A stretch of 64,000 nucleotides of DNA from Mustelus asterias (lineage: Eukaryota). Made by a program: the position numbers and the translations under genes. The number at the start of each line of letters is the position of its first letter. Position 1 is the stretch's first letter. Under the pieces are notes generated by a model that did not search any database, was not told the DNA's origin, and worked only from the letters and a program-made list of their open reading frames with translations. Below are positions 63,771 to 64,000 of the stretch, in pieces. The stretch lies in assembly GCF_964213995.1 (NCBI RefSeq), contig NC_135808.1, positions 12,586,001 to 12,650,000 of the forward strand, in the 5' to 3' direction.

Positions 63771-64000
63771 AGGATTGTTCCACTGGAGCAAGCTGAGAGA
63801 GAGTGATTGGAGGCAGCAGTGCTGGTGAGAGATTAATTGAATTGTTTATTTATTTAATTAGTCAGCTAGTGTGTGTTTTGTTTTTGGCCTTTACTTTTGC
63901 AGTAGAATTTTAAGTTTAAAGTGAAAACTGGAAGTGGGCTGCTAAGGAGTCTGGGAAGGGTTTTTATTTTAACTTTAAAAGTCAGTTACCTGGGAGGTTC

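Overview
Repeat-dense vertebrate DNA, almost certainly from a shark: HE1-type V-SINEs, CR1/HER1-like LINEs, Tx1, Rex1/Babar, Penelope, Gypsy LTR and hAT/Harbinger elements fill most of the window. Between the repeats is one complete six-exon minus-strand gene (CDS 38144->17994, 289 aa). It encodes a type-I membrane protein with a cysteine-less IgV and an IgC2 domain, i.e. CD2/SLAM (CD48/CD58/HEPACAM-like) architecture, but its tail has no ITSM. It appears to sit in a same-strand gene array. The last intron/exon of a paralogue lies at ~62.1-62.85 kb. A signal-peptide exon with an adjacent GAS+ISRE-like promoter starts another gene at 4268, and a ~3.35-kb tandem duplication carries two identical orphan leader exons (ATG 53317 and 56648). 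Non-coding highlights are minimal hammerhead-ribozyme motifs in two Penelope-derived families, three 5'-U2-snRNA fragments (one abutting a Tx1 3' end), and a V-SINE with two alternative tails, one resembling the Rex1/Babar 3' end. All calls were read by eye. Family names come from motif recognition rather than database searches, and repeat boundaries are approximate.
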